DNA of 64,000 bases from Eledone cirrhosa (GCA_964016885.1 OZ024758.1:22816001-22880000); one strand, 5' to 3'; counted from the stretch's first letter, positions 39,841-50,515 are shown. Numbers and translations are program-made. Notes: a model not told the origin generated them from the letters alone.

Positions 39841-40493
39841 TGGCTGTGAGAGAGTAGATTGAAATAGAGAGAGAGCTGGTGATGTTGTTGTGTATATATA
39901 TATATATGTGAGTGTGTGTGTGTGTGTGTCTATGACCAGTGTATATAGATCACAGACATCCACATACATATACATATATGTATACACACACATTTATATA
40001 CATACACACACATACATATGGGCCTTCCAGTTTCATTTCACGTGGATTGGCAGTATCGGTAGAGGGTCGGATGCCATGCTTTCCAGCATAGTTACGTCCC
40101 TTGACAATCTGAGTTCAAATCCCGCTGAGGTTAACTTTGCCTTTCATCCTTACGGGGTCGATAAAATAAAGTACCAGTAATGTACTGAGGTAATTGCTGG
40201 CCTTGTGCCAAAAGTAGAAACAATTATTATTATTATTATTTGGGCGGTAGAGAGTCGGACGCCATGCTTTCCAGCATAGTTACGGCCCTTGCCTTTCTGA
40301 GTTCAAATCCCGCCGAGGTTAACTTTGCCTTTCATCCTTACGGGGTCGATAAAATAAAATATCAGTAATGCACTGGGTAATTGCTGGCCTTGTGCCAAAA
40401 AGTAGAAACAATTATATACATGTCTGTGTATATTTTAATTATTTAAAAATTATTTATAAGCGAACGTGACCCAACGGGTTACAGGTGGTCTAG
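39574..40493 (+). mobile_element. Probable non-autonomous Helitron carrying microsatellites and two SINE B insertions
   Basis: A|TCTATATACTAC 5' end. 3' hairpin GTGACCC-AAC-GGGTTAC then CTAG|T. No target-site duplication. Confidence 0.55.
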
Positions 40494-41939
40494 TCTAAGA
40501 TAAAGCCTTTACCACAAAAATACAATGATGATGATGAAATGTAAAGGGTTAATAATGTACGTGATGGAAATCACCTAGCAACAAAATCACTTAATCTAAC
40601 GTGTGCAAATATTAAAACTTGCAAGTCATTCTATCTATAACTGTGTTACTTACACTATTACATGTTCCAGCCAACAGACTGAGACCATGGTGGGGCACCA
40701 CCATAGCTCCTATCTCCCAGGTGGGAGATGGGCTGAACTCTAGAAGTACTGTTATACCAGGCCAACCCCTAACTCTTCTCCTAGTTCTAAAAATTAGTTT
40801 GATATTAATGTTCCCATATAGGGACCATATCAGATATTAACCCTTTAAACCTTTACCTCTCATAATTATCTCACATAATATCGAATCTATGAGATTTTGA
40901 AAGTATTTATTTTGAGAACAATACCTTAACATCAGTTTGAACGACCAGTTACAGCCAGTTTCAACAGAAAAAGGTAGAGAATTCTGGCCGGTTTGAAAAG
41001 TAAAAGATTAAACCAGCCATATCCATCCAGAATTCGCTCACCTCTTCCTGTTCAAACAGGCTGTAACTGGTCGCTTCTACTGATGTTAAGGTATTGTTCT
41101 CAAAATAAACAATATCAACATCTCATAGATTTGATATTATGTGAGATAATTATGTAAGGTAAAGCCTTTACTGTGAAAATACAATAGTATATATAGAGTA
41201 ATTCATCATCATCATTGTTATTTAACGTCCATCTTCCACGCTAGCATGGGTTAGACGGGTTTGTCCCACTTGAGGCAAGATTGGTCAGGTAACAGTGTCT
41301 TGCTCATACAGAACTGTTTCAGGTTTTCTATGCCTGGATGCCCTTCCTAACACCAACCACATTTACAATCATCATCATCACCGTTTTACGTCCGTTCTTC
41401 CACGCTAGGATGGGTTAGACGGGTTGTCCTGTTGTGGGCAGTGTCTGGTCGGCTGACCTTGTCTTGCTCATACGGGAACTGATTCTGGCTTGATTTCCAC
41501 AGCTTGATGCCCTTCCTAACACCAACCTCATTTACAGTGCTGGGTGCTTTTTTGTCGAGGCACCTACACATCCACTTTACAGTGTGGGCTGGGTGCTTTT
41601 TTTGCCGTGGCACCTCCACGGCCACTTTGCAGTGGGAGGGTGTGGGGCATGTTGTCTATATGCTTCAGCTTCGGCTTGTACCCGTGGGGGGATACTAAAG
41701 AGTTAAGCTGATAAGAACAGATACTATACTTTGATTTTAGCCAAACTGGACAGCTATTGTTGTTTAGCCCTAGGTCAGCCACAGTTGAGCAGACCTATGA
41801 TCAAAGACATTTCAGGCATATCCATTCCATTTCTTTCCACACATAGTTTAATCTAGAACTACATTTTTAAAGATAGGTTGGTGTGATATAAGAAAATATG
41901 GCTGCTATATATAGCAGGTTGAGTGACATTGTAAGAATG

Positions 41940-41951
41940 TGTGTGTGTGAA

Positions 41952-41983
<32 letters not shown>

Positions 41984-42158
41984 CATATATATGTGGTTAT
42001 ATATATATGTGTCTAATATATATATATAAACACACACACACATATATATATTACACATGCACATATATTACACACACAAATATATGCATATTACACATAT
42101 ACACACACACATATATATATATATTACACATTTACACACACACATATATATTACACAT

Positions 42159-42192
<34 letters not shown>

Positions 42193-42271
42193 TACACATA
42201 TACACACACACATATATATATATATATATATTACACATATACACACACACACACATGTATATATTACACAT

Positions 42272-42303
<32 letters not shown>

Positions 42304-42343
42304 TACACATATATATATATATATATATATATATTACACATAT
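41940..42343. repeat. TA/CA compound microsatellite
   Basis: Repeated (TA)nTTACACAT(AC)n. Confidence 0.88.
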
Positions 42344-42344
42344 A

Positions 42345-42690
42345 GAGGCACATGGCTTAGTGGTTAGAGCATTGGCCTTGCAATCGAAAGGTTGTGAGTT
42401 CAATTCTCAGACTGGGTGATGTGTTGTTTCCTTGAGCAAGACACTTTATTTCACATTGCTCCAGTTTACTCAGCTGTAGAAATGAGATGATAGGGACTGG
42501 GGTCCATATCATTCCACTGCAGAGTGGTCGTGGAGGTGCCACGGCAAAAAAGCACCCAGCACTCACTGTAAATGAGGTTGGTGTTAGGAAGGGCATCCAG
42601 CTGTAGAAATCAAGCCAGAATCAGTTCCCGTCCCACCCTTGCAAGCAGGGAAAAGCAGATGTAAAATGATGATGATGATGATGATGATGA
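42345..42690 (+). mobile_element. SINE A copy
   Basis: Full-length match. Confidence 0.9.
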
Positions 42691-43119
42691 ATGTCTGCAG
42701 TTAACACAGTCAAGATAAATATATCTTGCTTTCACTTGTCTCTGGATTGCCTTCTTCTGATAATTGTTTCTACTTCTGGCACAAGGCCAGCAATTACCCC
42801 AGTGTATTACTGGTACTTTATTTTATCGACCCCCGTAAGGATGAAAGGCAAAGTTAACCTCGGCGGGATTTGAACTCAGTCCGTAAAGGGACGTAACTCT
42901 ATGCTGCAAAGCATGGCGTCCGACCCTCTACCGATACTGCCAATCCACCGCCTTCTTCTGATAATGGCAGCCAAGGCTGTATTGTACAAGCTGTTCTTCA
43001 CTTTAAAATTCTCACAGGTATTGCTGACAATTTTTGGGGGGGCAGGGGAAAAAATAGATATTTTCTAAACATCAGTGAAGATTATACTCATTCATCAGGT
43101 GGGACAGCCATCATATATA

Positions 43120-43197
43120 CAGAGTGTCCCAACAAAAATGTATACACACTTCAACAGCATTCTAATAAACATGCATACATTTTTTTGGAACACCCTG
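43120..43197. mobile_element. Tc1/mariner-type mini-MITE
   Basis: TA|CAGAGTGTCCCAA...TTGGAACACCCTG|TA. Related partial copy near 12595-12655. Confidence 0.6.
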
Positions 43198-43241
43198 TAT
43201 ATATAGGCCAGTGAAGATTATATCTATTCGCCAGGTGGACG

Positions 43242-43287
<46 letters not shown>

Positions 43288-43289
<2 letters not shown>

Positions 43290-43983
43290 TCATCATCATC
43301 ATCATCAACGTTTAACGTCCGTGTTCCACGCTTGCATGGGTTTGGACGGGGGTAGTCCCACTTGAGGCAAGAGTGATTGTCTTGCTCGCATAGGACTGTC
43401 TGGCAGGTTTTCTACAGTTGGATGCCCTTCCTAACACCAACCACATTTACAATGTGGGGCTGGGAGGTTTTTACCGTGTTGCCTACACGGCCACATTACA
43501 GCGTGGACTGTGTGTTTTTTTGTCGTGACACCTACACGATCTCATTTGTTTCGGCCTCGATGGCGCGGCACCAACATAACTTTACATAAAACGGGGTGGT
43601 GTGGATGGGGTAGGGGTGGGGGTGGTGGGACGGGGTGTATTTTGTTAGGGATGCCTACTGGCTGGAGTAGGTTTTACTATATATTTAGGTAAGGCGGGTC
43701 TTCTGTTACTGAGTACCGCCAAAGGTCTCGGTCCAGTGACATTGTCTTGGAGAGGTGTAAGTGTGTGATGTCGGAGTTTATCAGCTCGTTCCAGGTTTTT
43801 CTAGGTCTGCCTATTCCGTGACTACCGTCTATCTTTATTGCCCTGCACTTTGTTATACAGCTATCGACTTTCATGCGCATCACGTGTCCATACCAACGTA
43901 GCCTTCTCTCGAGTAAACAACATCTGATCCCTCTTATCTCTAATTTTTTCTTTAGTTCGTTTATGCTTTGCCGTTCACGTATA
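43288..43983 (-). mobile_element. Second 5'-truncated copy of RTE family 2, head-to-tail with the long copy
   Basis: Near-identical to 43984-44650 with small indels. Has its own (GAT)n tail ending in a (TA)n tract. Confidence 0.9.
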
Positions 43984-46900
43984 TCATCATCATCATCATC
44001 ATCAACGTTTAACGTCCGTGTTCCACGCTTGCATGGGTTTGGACGGGGGTAGTCCCACTTGAGGCAAGAGTGATTGTCTTGCTCGCATAGGACTGTCTGG
44101 CAGGTTTTCTACAGTTGGATGCCCTTCCTAACACCAACCACATTTACAGTGTGGGTCTGGGAGGTTTTTACCGTGTTGCCTACACGGCCACATTACAGCG
44201 TGGACTGTGTGTTTTTTTGTCGTGACACCTACACGATCTCATTTGTTTCGGCCTGGATGGCGCGGCACCAACATAACTTTACATAGAACGGGGTGGTGTG
44301 GATGGGGTGGGGGTGGCGGCGGGAGGGGTGTATTTTGTTAGATATGCCTACTGGCAAGGCGGGTCTTCTCTGTTACTGAGTACCGCCAAAGGTCACGGTC
44401 CAGTGACATTGTCTTGGAGAGGTGTAAGTGTGTGAGGTCGGAGTTTATCAGCTCATCCCATGTTTTTCTAGGTCTGCCTATTCCGTGGCTACCGTCTATC
44501 TTTATTGCCCTGCACTTTGTAATACAGCTATCGACTTTCATGCGCATCACGTGTCCATACCAACGCAGCCTTCTCTCGAGTAAACAACATCTGATCCCTC
44601 TTATCTCTAATTTTTTCCTTAGTTCGTTTATGCTTTGCCGTTCACGTATATTACTGTTACACATCCAGCGGAGCATGCAAGCTTCGTTCCTCTCTAGTCT
44701 GCGTATATCCTCTGCACACAATGCCCAGGTCTCACTACCATGCAACATTGCTGTTCGTATGCAGGCATCGTACAACCTGCCTTTCATTTTTAGGGAGAAC
44801 CCTTTAGCAGCTAATAGTGGTATAAGCTCTCTGAACTTTTTCCAACCAGTTCTGACTCTAGCTACAGTACTTTCAGAGCACCCTCCCCCACTGCTGATTT
44901 TATCGCCCAGGTAACGGAAGCTGTCCACTATTTCTATAGAACCCTCTGCGCAATTGAAAGAGCTAGTATTTTGTGGGCACTTGCTGCTACTTATTGCACC
45001 AGAACACCGGCCACATGTAAAGTCTATGTTCTTAGTTAGCTTACCTGTGATCCCACTACATCTTTTATGCACCCATACTTTGCATTTAGGACATAAGATG
45101 GAGTTTCTACCTACGCCTTTCCTACATACCGAGCACGACCATTTCCCAGAAGGGACCGCCGCCTTGTTTTCTTTCCTACAAACTAGAACTTTGGTCTTAG
45201 CCAGGTTAATTTTAAGTCCTTTTGACTCTAGGCCGTGCTTCCATGTTTGGAATTTCTTCTCTAGCTCGGCCATTGATTCCGCTATGAGTGTCAGGTCGTC
45301 TGCGTATAGGAGTTCCCATGGGCAGCCTGTCTTGAACTCCTCTGTTATAGCCTGAAGGGCAATAATAAATAGTAGGGGGCTGAGAACAGAGCCCTGATGG
45401 ACGCCAACTTTTACGCTAAACTCTTCACTATATTCGTTGTTAATTCTAACCTTGCTGACTGTTTCTTTATACATGGCTTGTATAGCCCTCACAAGCCATT
45501 CGTCAACGCCTAGTTTTCTAAGAGCCCACCAGATAATGGAGCGGGGGACTCTGTCGAAGGCTTTCTCCAGGTCGACAAAAGCTAAGTAGAGGGGTTTACC
45601 TTTAGCTAGGTACTTCTCCTGTAGTTGTCGTACTATGAAAAGAGCGTCTGTGGTGCTTTTGCCTGACACAAACCCGAACTGCATTTCATCTAGATCAATT
45701 CTCTCTCTGATTAGTTGCGCTATTACTTTTTCCGTGACCTTCATGACCTGGTCGATTAATTTAATGCCTCTATAGTTACTCCTATCTAGGGCGTCTCCTT
45801 TACCCTTATAACAGTTAACGATGATGCTGCTATGCCAGTCCTTCGGAACAACCCCATTCTGTACGACTTGGTTAACTATGCGGGTGACCATGTTGTGTCC
45901 CACCGTGCCAGATGCCTTCAGCATCTCAGCAACTATTTCCGAAGGCCCAGCCGCCTTACCAGTCTTCATATCCTTGATTGCCTTACTTATTATACTCCCC
46001 TCGACTAACACTGCTGGTCCCTCTATCGGGTCGATAAGGGGGAGACTGTCTTTCTCCCATTTATTCTCCTCATTTAGTAGCCTTTCATAGTGACACTTCC
46101 AAGCTACCTTCTTATCAGTGTCGGTGATGGCAAGTATGCCATCATCGTTAAGTACACACTTCTCCCCGACAATATCACGGTTTTCCTTGACGCATTGCCT
46201 GGCAATCCTGAACACCTCACGTTTTTGGTCATCGCGTTGTAGAACATGCTTGAACTTTCTTTCCTCAGCTTCCCTTCTTGCTAAGTACACTTCTCTCCTA
46301 GCTTCCCTCCTGGCCACTTGATAGTCTACTCTACTTCCCCCATCCCGCCATACTTTCCAAGCCTGCTTTTTGGCCTTAATTGACCCCTCCACCCTATTGT
46401 TCCACCACCATGTTACTCTCCTCCTGCCTACAGGCCTGCTCCAGCCACAGACTTCGTCTGTCGCCAACAGCAGGTTTGCTTTCAGAAATTTCCACTGTCC
46501 CTCTATATTGTCCGATTCTAGATGCTCTTCCTTACTGTCGAAAGCATCAAGTAATATGCTTTGAAATTTATTTCTGGCTGTGGGGTCCTTTAGTTTCCAT
46601 ATTTTCCTCCTGAGGATAGTCCTCTTCTGCTGTCGGGTGCGTCTCGTCCTGACTATGAGGTCGCTAATTATCAGTCTATGTTGGGAGGTGCATTCTTCAT
46701 GGGGGAGGGATTTAGTGTTTACAACAGACACTCTGTCACGTCTTCTGGTAAGGATATAATCTACCTGGCTTGTGTGTTCCCCGGATCTATAGGTAATCAG
46801 GTGATTGTCACGTTTTTTGAAGTTAGTGTTACAGATAGTTAGGTTATTTGCATCACAGTATTCCAGAATTCTGGAGCCTTCCTCATTTCTAGTACCAAAC

Positions 46901-47228
46901 CCATAGCCTCCATGGATTTCGTCATAGCCGTCACAATGTTGTCCAACGTGACCATTTAGGTCGCCTGCAATAATTATATAGTCACTGTCAGATATTTGGG
47001 AGGTAGTTAGCAACAGTGTCTCATAGAATCTGTCTTTTATAGTGCCGGGCAGTCCGGATTGGGGTGCGTACGCAGATATTACTGTCACCGTAGTTCTATT
47101 GAGGACAAGTCTTATTTTAATTATTCTGTCGTTCACTCTATTTACGTCTATTATCTTATCTGCCCACTTTTCTGCTACCATGATTCCTACTCCACCCAGC
47201 CCATCGTCGTTTCCCACCCAGAAAAGCT
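43984..47228 (-). mobile_element. RTE-clade LINE (family 2), 5'-truncated, with about 350-nt 3' UTR and (GAT)n tail
   Basis: Contains the 959-aa ORF. The 3' UTR ends ...CCCATGCAAGCGTGGAACACGGACGTTAAAC followed by (GAT)n. The 5' end abuts a (TA)n tract. Confidence 0.95.
44338..47217 (-). CDS. RTE ORF: AP-type endonuclease (N-terminus missing), reverse transcriptase, PHD-like zinc finger
   Basis: APE motifs SAYAPQ, AGDLNGHVG, QVDYIL, SQHRLI. RT motifs QFGF, FVDLEKAFDRV, VHQGSVLSPLLF, LLYADD, FRYLG. RTE C-terminal RRLRWYGHV and GRPRKTW. No stops or frameshifts. Confidence 0.95.
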   Translation of the reverse strand: MGNDDGLGGVGIMVAEKWADKIIDVNRVNDRIIKIRLVLNRTTVTVISAYAPQSGLPGTIKDRFYETLLLTTSQISDSDYIIIAGDLNGHVGQHCDGYDEIHGGYGFGTRNEEGSRILEYCDANNLTICNTNFKKRDNHLITYRSGEHTSQVDYILTRRRDRVSVVNTKSLPHEECTSQHRLIISDLIVRTRRTRQQKRTILRRKIWKLKDPTARNKFQSILLDAFDSKEEHLESDNIEGQWKFLKANLLLATDEVCGWSRPVGRRRVTWWWNNRVEGSIKAKKQAWKVWRDGGSRVDYQVARREARREVYLARREAEERKFKHVLQRDDQKREVFRIARQCVKENRDIVGEKCVLNDDGILAITDTDKKVAWKCHYERLLNEENKWEKDSLPLIDPIEGPAVLVEGSIISKAIKDMKTGKAAGPSEIVAEMLKASGTVGHNMVTRIVNQVVQNGVVPKDWHSSIIVNCYKGKGDALDRSNYRGIKLIDQVMKVTEKVIAQLIRERIDLDEMQFGFVSGKSTTDALFIVRQLQEKYLAKGKPLYLAFVDLEKAFDRVPRSIIWWALRKLGVDEWLVRAIQAMYKETVSKVRINNEYSEEFSVKVGVHQGSVLSPLLFIIALQAITEEFKTGCPWELLYADDLTLIAESMAELEKKFQTWKHGLESKGLKINLAKTKVLVCRKENKAAVPSGKWSCSVCRKGVGRNSILCPKCKVWVHKRCSGITGKLTKNIDFTCGRCSGAISSSKCPQNTSSFNCAEGSIEIVDSFRYLGDKISSGGGCSESTVARVRTGWKKFRELIPLLAAKGFSLKMKGRLYDACIRTAMLHGSETWALCAEDIRRLERNEACMLRWMCNSNIRERQSINELRKKLEIRGIRCCLLERRLRWYGHVMRMKVDSCITKCRAIKIDGSHGIGRPRKTWDELINSDLTHLHLSKTMSLDRDLWRYSVTEKTRLASRHI

Positions 47229-47253
47229 TATATATATATATATATATATATAT

Positions 47254-47536
47254 AGTTAAATAAAAGTCAAATGATTAAAATTTAGCTTCGTTTATTACTG
47301 CTATATATATATTTCAGTGACAGCCATCTTTGGCTGTGACCTCTTCAGGCAGTTTGAATTAGTATGGTATAGACAAGTACATATGTTGTTTAGGTGTATA
47401 ATATTGTCAATACTCTGATATGCCCAGTTCCTTGTTGGGTTGTTAATTCACTGAGGAACCAAAGATGGCTGTCACTGAAATATATATAGCAGTAATAAAC
47501 GAAGCTAAATTTTAATCATTTGACTTTTATTTAACT
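47254..47536. repeat. Inverted repeat, about 80-bp arms
   Basis: 47254-47333 versus 47459-47536, differing by one TA unit. Confidence 0.9.
47297..47353 (-). ncRNA. Type I hammerhead motif
   Basis: Minus strand ACTGC-CTGAAGA-GGTCACAGCCA(AAGA)TGGCTGTCACT-GAAA-TATATATA-TA-GCAGT. Stems I and II pair. Confidence 0.72.
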
Positions 47537-47635
47537 TTATTTTACACTACTCCGGAGTAACCAAACCAACCTGCGCACTTCGTCGAGTGCTACAGCCTGC
47601 ATACTGAGGTGTTGGTATACAACCAACATAAACTC

Positions 47636-47707
<72 letters not shown>

Positions 47708-47714
<7 letters not shown>

Positions 47715-48054
47715 AGATCAAAAGATGGTTAAAGGAGTTCAATATATTTTATTATGCGCATTTCAAAAACAAACATCATCAAACAATAATATTTGTGTTT
47801 TCATCAGATAAAACAGGAGAACATGATATGAAGGCTAAAAAAAACACTTGTTGATAGTGCAGTTTTAAATCAACATGGGCAGATCATGTTGATTTAAAAC
47901 TGCACTATCAACAAGTGTTTTTTTTAGCCTTCATATCATGTTCTCCTGTTTTATCTGATGAAAACACAAATATTATTGTTTGATGATGTTTGTTTTTGAA
48001 ATGCGCATAATAAAATATATTGAACTCCTTTAACCATCTTTTGATCTTATATTA
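47708..48054. repeat. Perfect inverted repeat, 170-bp arms, 7-nt loop
   Basis: 47708-47877 is the reverse complement of 47885-48054. Loop GGCAGAT. Confidence 0.95.
47949..48015 (+). ncRNA. Minimal type I hammerhead motif, with a mirror copy on the minus strand at 47747-47813
   Basis: Stem I TTTTAT/ATAAAA, CTGATGA 47955-61, long AT-rich stem II, GAAA-TGCGCA-TA, cleavage after A48009. Confidence 0.7.
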
Positions 48055-48252
48055 TGCATACTCCAGTCCCACAAACTGTAGAGTGATTCTTATCCGATAT
48101 CTGCATTGCTTTATTGTACTACAATAAAACTCACCTCCTACATATATATATATATATATATATGCAAATGAGATTAATCACCTCATTTTCACAGACGAGA
48201 AAAGTATATATTCTCAGCTGTCTTCTAGTCCCAGCAGTCGCAATCGGTGGGA

Positions 48253-48306
48253 GGGACCGTCCTGACGAAGGCCAGTTAAGCCTGAAATGCATAGACGGTT
48301 GTCCCC
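48253..48306 (+). ncRNA. Minimal type I hammerhead ribozyme motif
   Basis: Stem I ACCGTC/GACGGT, CTGACGA 48262-68, stem II AGGC/GCCT, GAAA 48284-87, palindromic TGCA loop, predicted cleavage after A48293. Confidence 0.8.
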
Positions 48307-48389
48307 CTTGCTTCGGCTGGACATCACCAGAGGGCGTTATAAATATTGATATATCCAGGAATGAGACCTTAACGGTTCAAGTTTCACCT

Positions 48390-49340
48390 GGATGAGGGCT
48401 GTTTGTGAACTGATCTGTCCCTGATGAGAGGTGTTTGTGAACTGATCTGTCCCTGATGAGGGCTGTTTGTGAACTGATCTGTCCCTGATGAGAGGTGTTT
48501 GTGAACTGATCCGTCCCTGATGAGAGGTGTTTGTGAACTGATCTGCCCATGATGAGAGGTGTTTGTGAACTGATCTGCCCATGATGGGAGGTGTTTGTGA
48601 ACTGATCTGTCCCTGATGAGGGCTGTTTGTGAACTGATCTGTCCCTGATGAGAGGTGTTTGTGAACTGATCTGTCCCTGATGAGAGGTGTTTGTGAACTG
48701 ATCCGTCCCTGATGGGAGGTGTTTGTGAACTGATCTGCCCATGATGGGAGGTGTTTGTGAACTGATCTGTCCCTGATGAGAGGTGTTTGTGAACTGATCT
48801 GCCCATGATGGGAGGTGTTTGTGAACTGATCTGTCCCTGATGAGGGCTGTTTGTGAACTGATCTGTCCCTGATGAGAGCTGTTTGTGAACTGATCTGCCC
48901 ATGATGGGAGGTGTTTGTGAACTGATCTGTCCCTGATGAGGGCTGTTTGTGAACTGATCTGTCCCTGATGAGAGGTGTTTGTGAACTGATCTGCCCATGA
49001 TGGGAGGTGTTTGTGAACTGATCTGTCCCTGATGAGAGGTGTTTGTGAACTGATCCGTCCCTGATGAGAGGTGTTTGTGAACTGATCTGCCCATGATGGG
49101 AGGTGTTTGTGAACTGATCTGTCCCTGATGAGAGCTGTTTGTGAACTGATCTGCCCATGATGGGAGGTGTTTGTGAACTGATCTGTCCCTGATGAGGGCT
49201 GTTTGTGAACTGATCTGTCTCTGATGAGAGGTGTTTGTGAACTGATCTGTCCCTGATGAGAGGTGTTTGTAAATCGATCTGCCCATGATGGGAGGTGTTT
49301 GTGAACTGATCTATTCCTGATGAGAGCTGTTTGTGAACTG
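48390..49340. repeat. 32-bp minisatellite, about 30 units
   Basis: Unit GTTTGTGAACTGATCTGTCCCTGATGAGAGGT and variants. Confidence 0.95.
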
Positions 49341-49758
49341 AGGTTTCATAGTTATTTGTTATCTTAACATCATTTTTCATTATTTCACAACACAAACAGA
49401 CAGAGACATTGACAGACCGACATTTCCAGTTATGTCACCAACTACACTGTTGTTATATTTCAGAATCAACATACTGTGTGTGTGGGAATGAATCAATAGA
49501 GTGAAGATCAATAATGTAATCAATGAGAAAATGTCAGTAATAACATCTATGGATTTTATAGCCATGAGTAAGAGAGTGATTGTTGTAAAGTTATAGATTG
49601 ATATGTGGATGGAGAGACTATTTTTACAGCCAGATGACCTTTCTCTTATTAACTACACAATTCTGAAGCAAGAACAGTCTGTAACCAGTTGTCGTATAGA
49701 CACTACATCATAAGGGGGGGGGGTATATATATAGATATATACACACACACACATTACA

Positions 49759-49806
<48 letters not shown>

Positions 49807-49873
49807 TTAGATATGTGTGTATATATATATATATACACACTCACATTACATATGTGTGTATATATATATATAT

Positions 49874-50006
49874 AGTTTTAATATAGATGAGATTCTACAG
49901 GACTAGAACTGTTTCATTCTTTAGAAATCATCAGGAATCTGATTCCTGATGATTTCTAAAGAATGAAACAGTTCTAGTCCTGTAGAATCTCATCTATATT
50001 AAAACT
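49874..50006. repeat. Perfect palindrome, 66-bp arms, 1-nt centre
   Basis: 49874-49939 versus 49941-50006. Contains CTGATGA...GAAAC. Related sequence on the minus strand at about 53795-53912. Confidence 0.93.
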
Positions 50007-50071
50007 TTTATACTCTGCTATGTATTGAGTACCTTACTTACTGTGGTTACCTCCGATTCAACCCGGAATAA

Positions 50072-50108
<37 letters not shown>

Positions 50109-50140
50109 GTGTATGTATATATATATATATATATATATAT

Positions 50141-50222
50141 AGGTAGAAGTTAATATGTCCAGGGATACAACCTATGTATTTCTAGGGGTACCTAGTATCC
50201 CTGGACATATTAACTTCTACCT
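50141..50222. repeat. Inverted repeat, 28-bp arms
   Basis: AGGTAGAAGTTAATATGTCCAGGGATAC / GTATCCCTGGACATATTAACTTCTACCT. Confidence 0.9.
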
Positions 50223-50432
50223 TTTTCTCCGTCCGTTGAGAACAAATCTGTTGCTCTACTTGGCTGCTATTTTTTTAGTAGTAATTGTAGACAGCAAGTC
50301 TTTGATTTTCCCGCTTTTACTTCGGTCCAGTTTACATACGGGTCACTTTTACGACCTTTCAGACCTTTATTAGCTGGCAGGAGGTTGTATATTTTGTCGT
50401 TCCTGGGACGTTTAGCCCTAGGAAGGGAAAAT

Positions 50433-50515
50433 GCTTCTCTGATGAGCTTTGGTTTTCCATCATAAATCCATCGGATTTATGAGGTTTTACAAAGCGAAAC
50501 TGATCAGTAAGGGCC
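50433..50515 (+). ncRNA. Type I hammerhead motif with an extended stem II
   Basis: CTGATGA 50439-45, stem II GCTTTG/CAAAGC enclosing TCATAAATCC/GGATTTATGA, GAAA, palindrome ACTGATCAGT, GUA site at 50507-09. Stem I is weak. Confidence 0.65.

Noticed and set aside
44414-46613. Plus-strand ORFs overlapping the LINE
   Set aside because: Antisense shadows of the RTE ORF.
48390-49340. 32-bp unit as a tandem hammerhead or C/D-box motif (CTGATGA...GAAC)
   Set aside because: GAAC instead of GAAA and no pairing for stems I or II.
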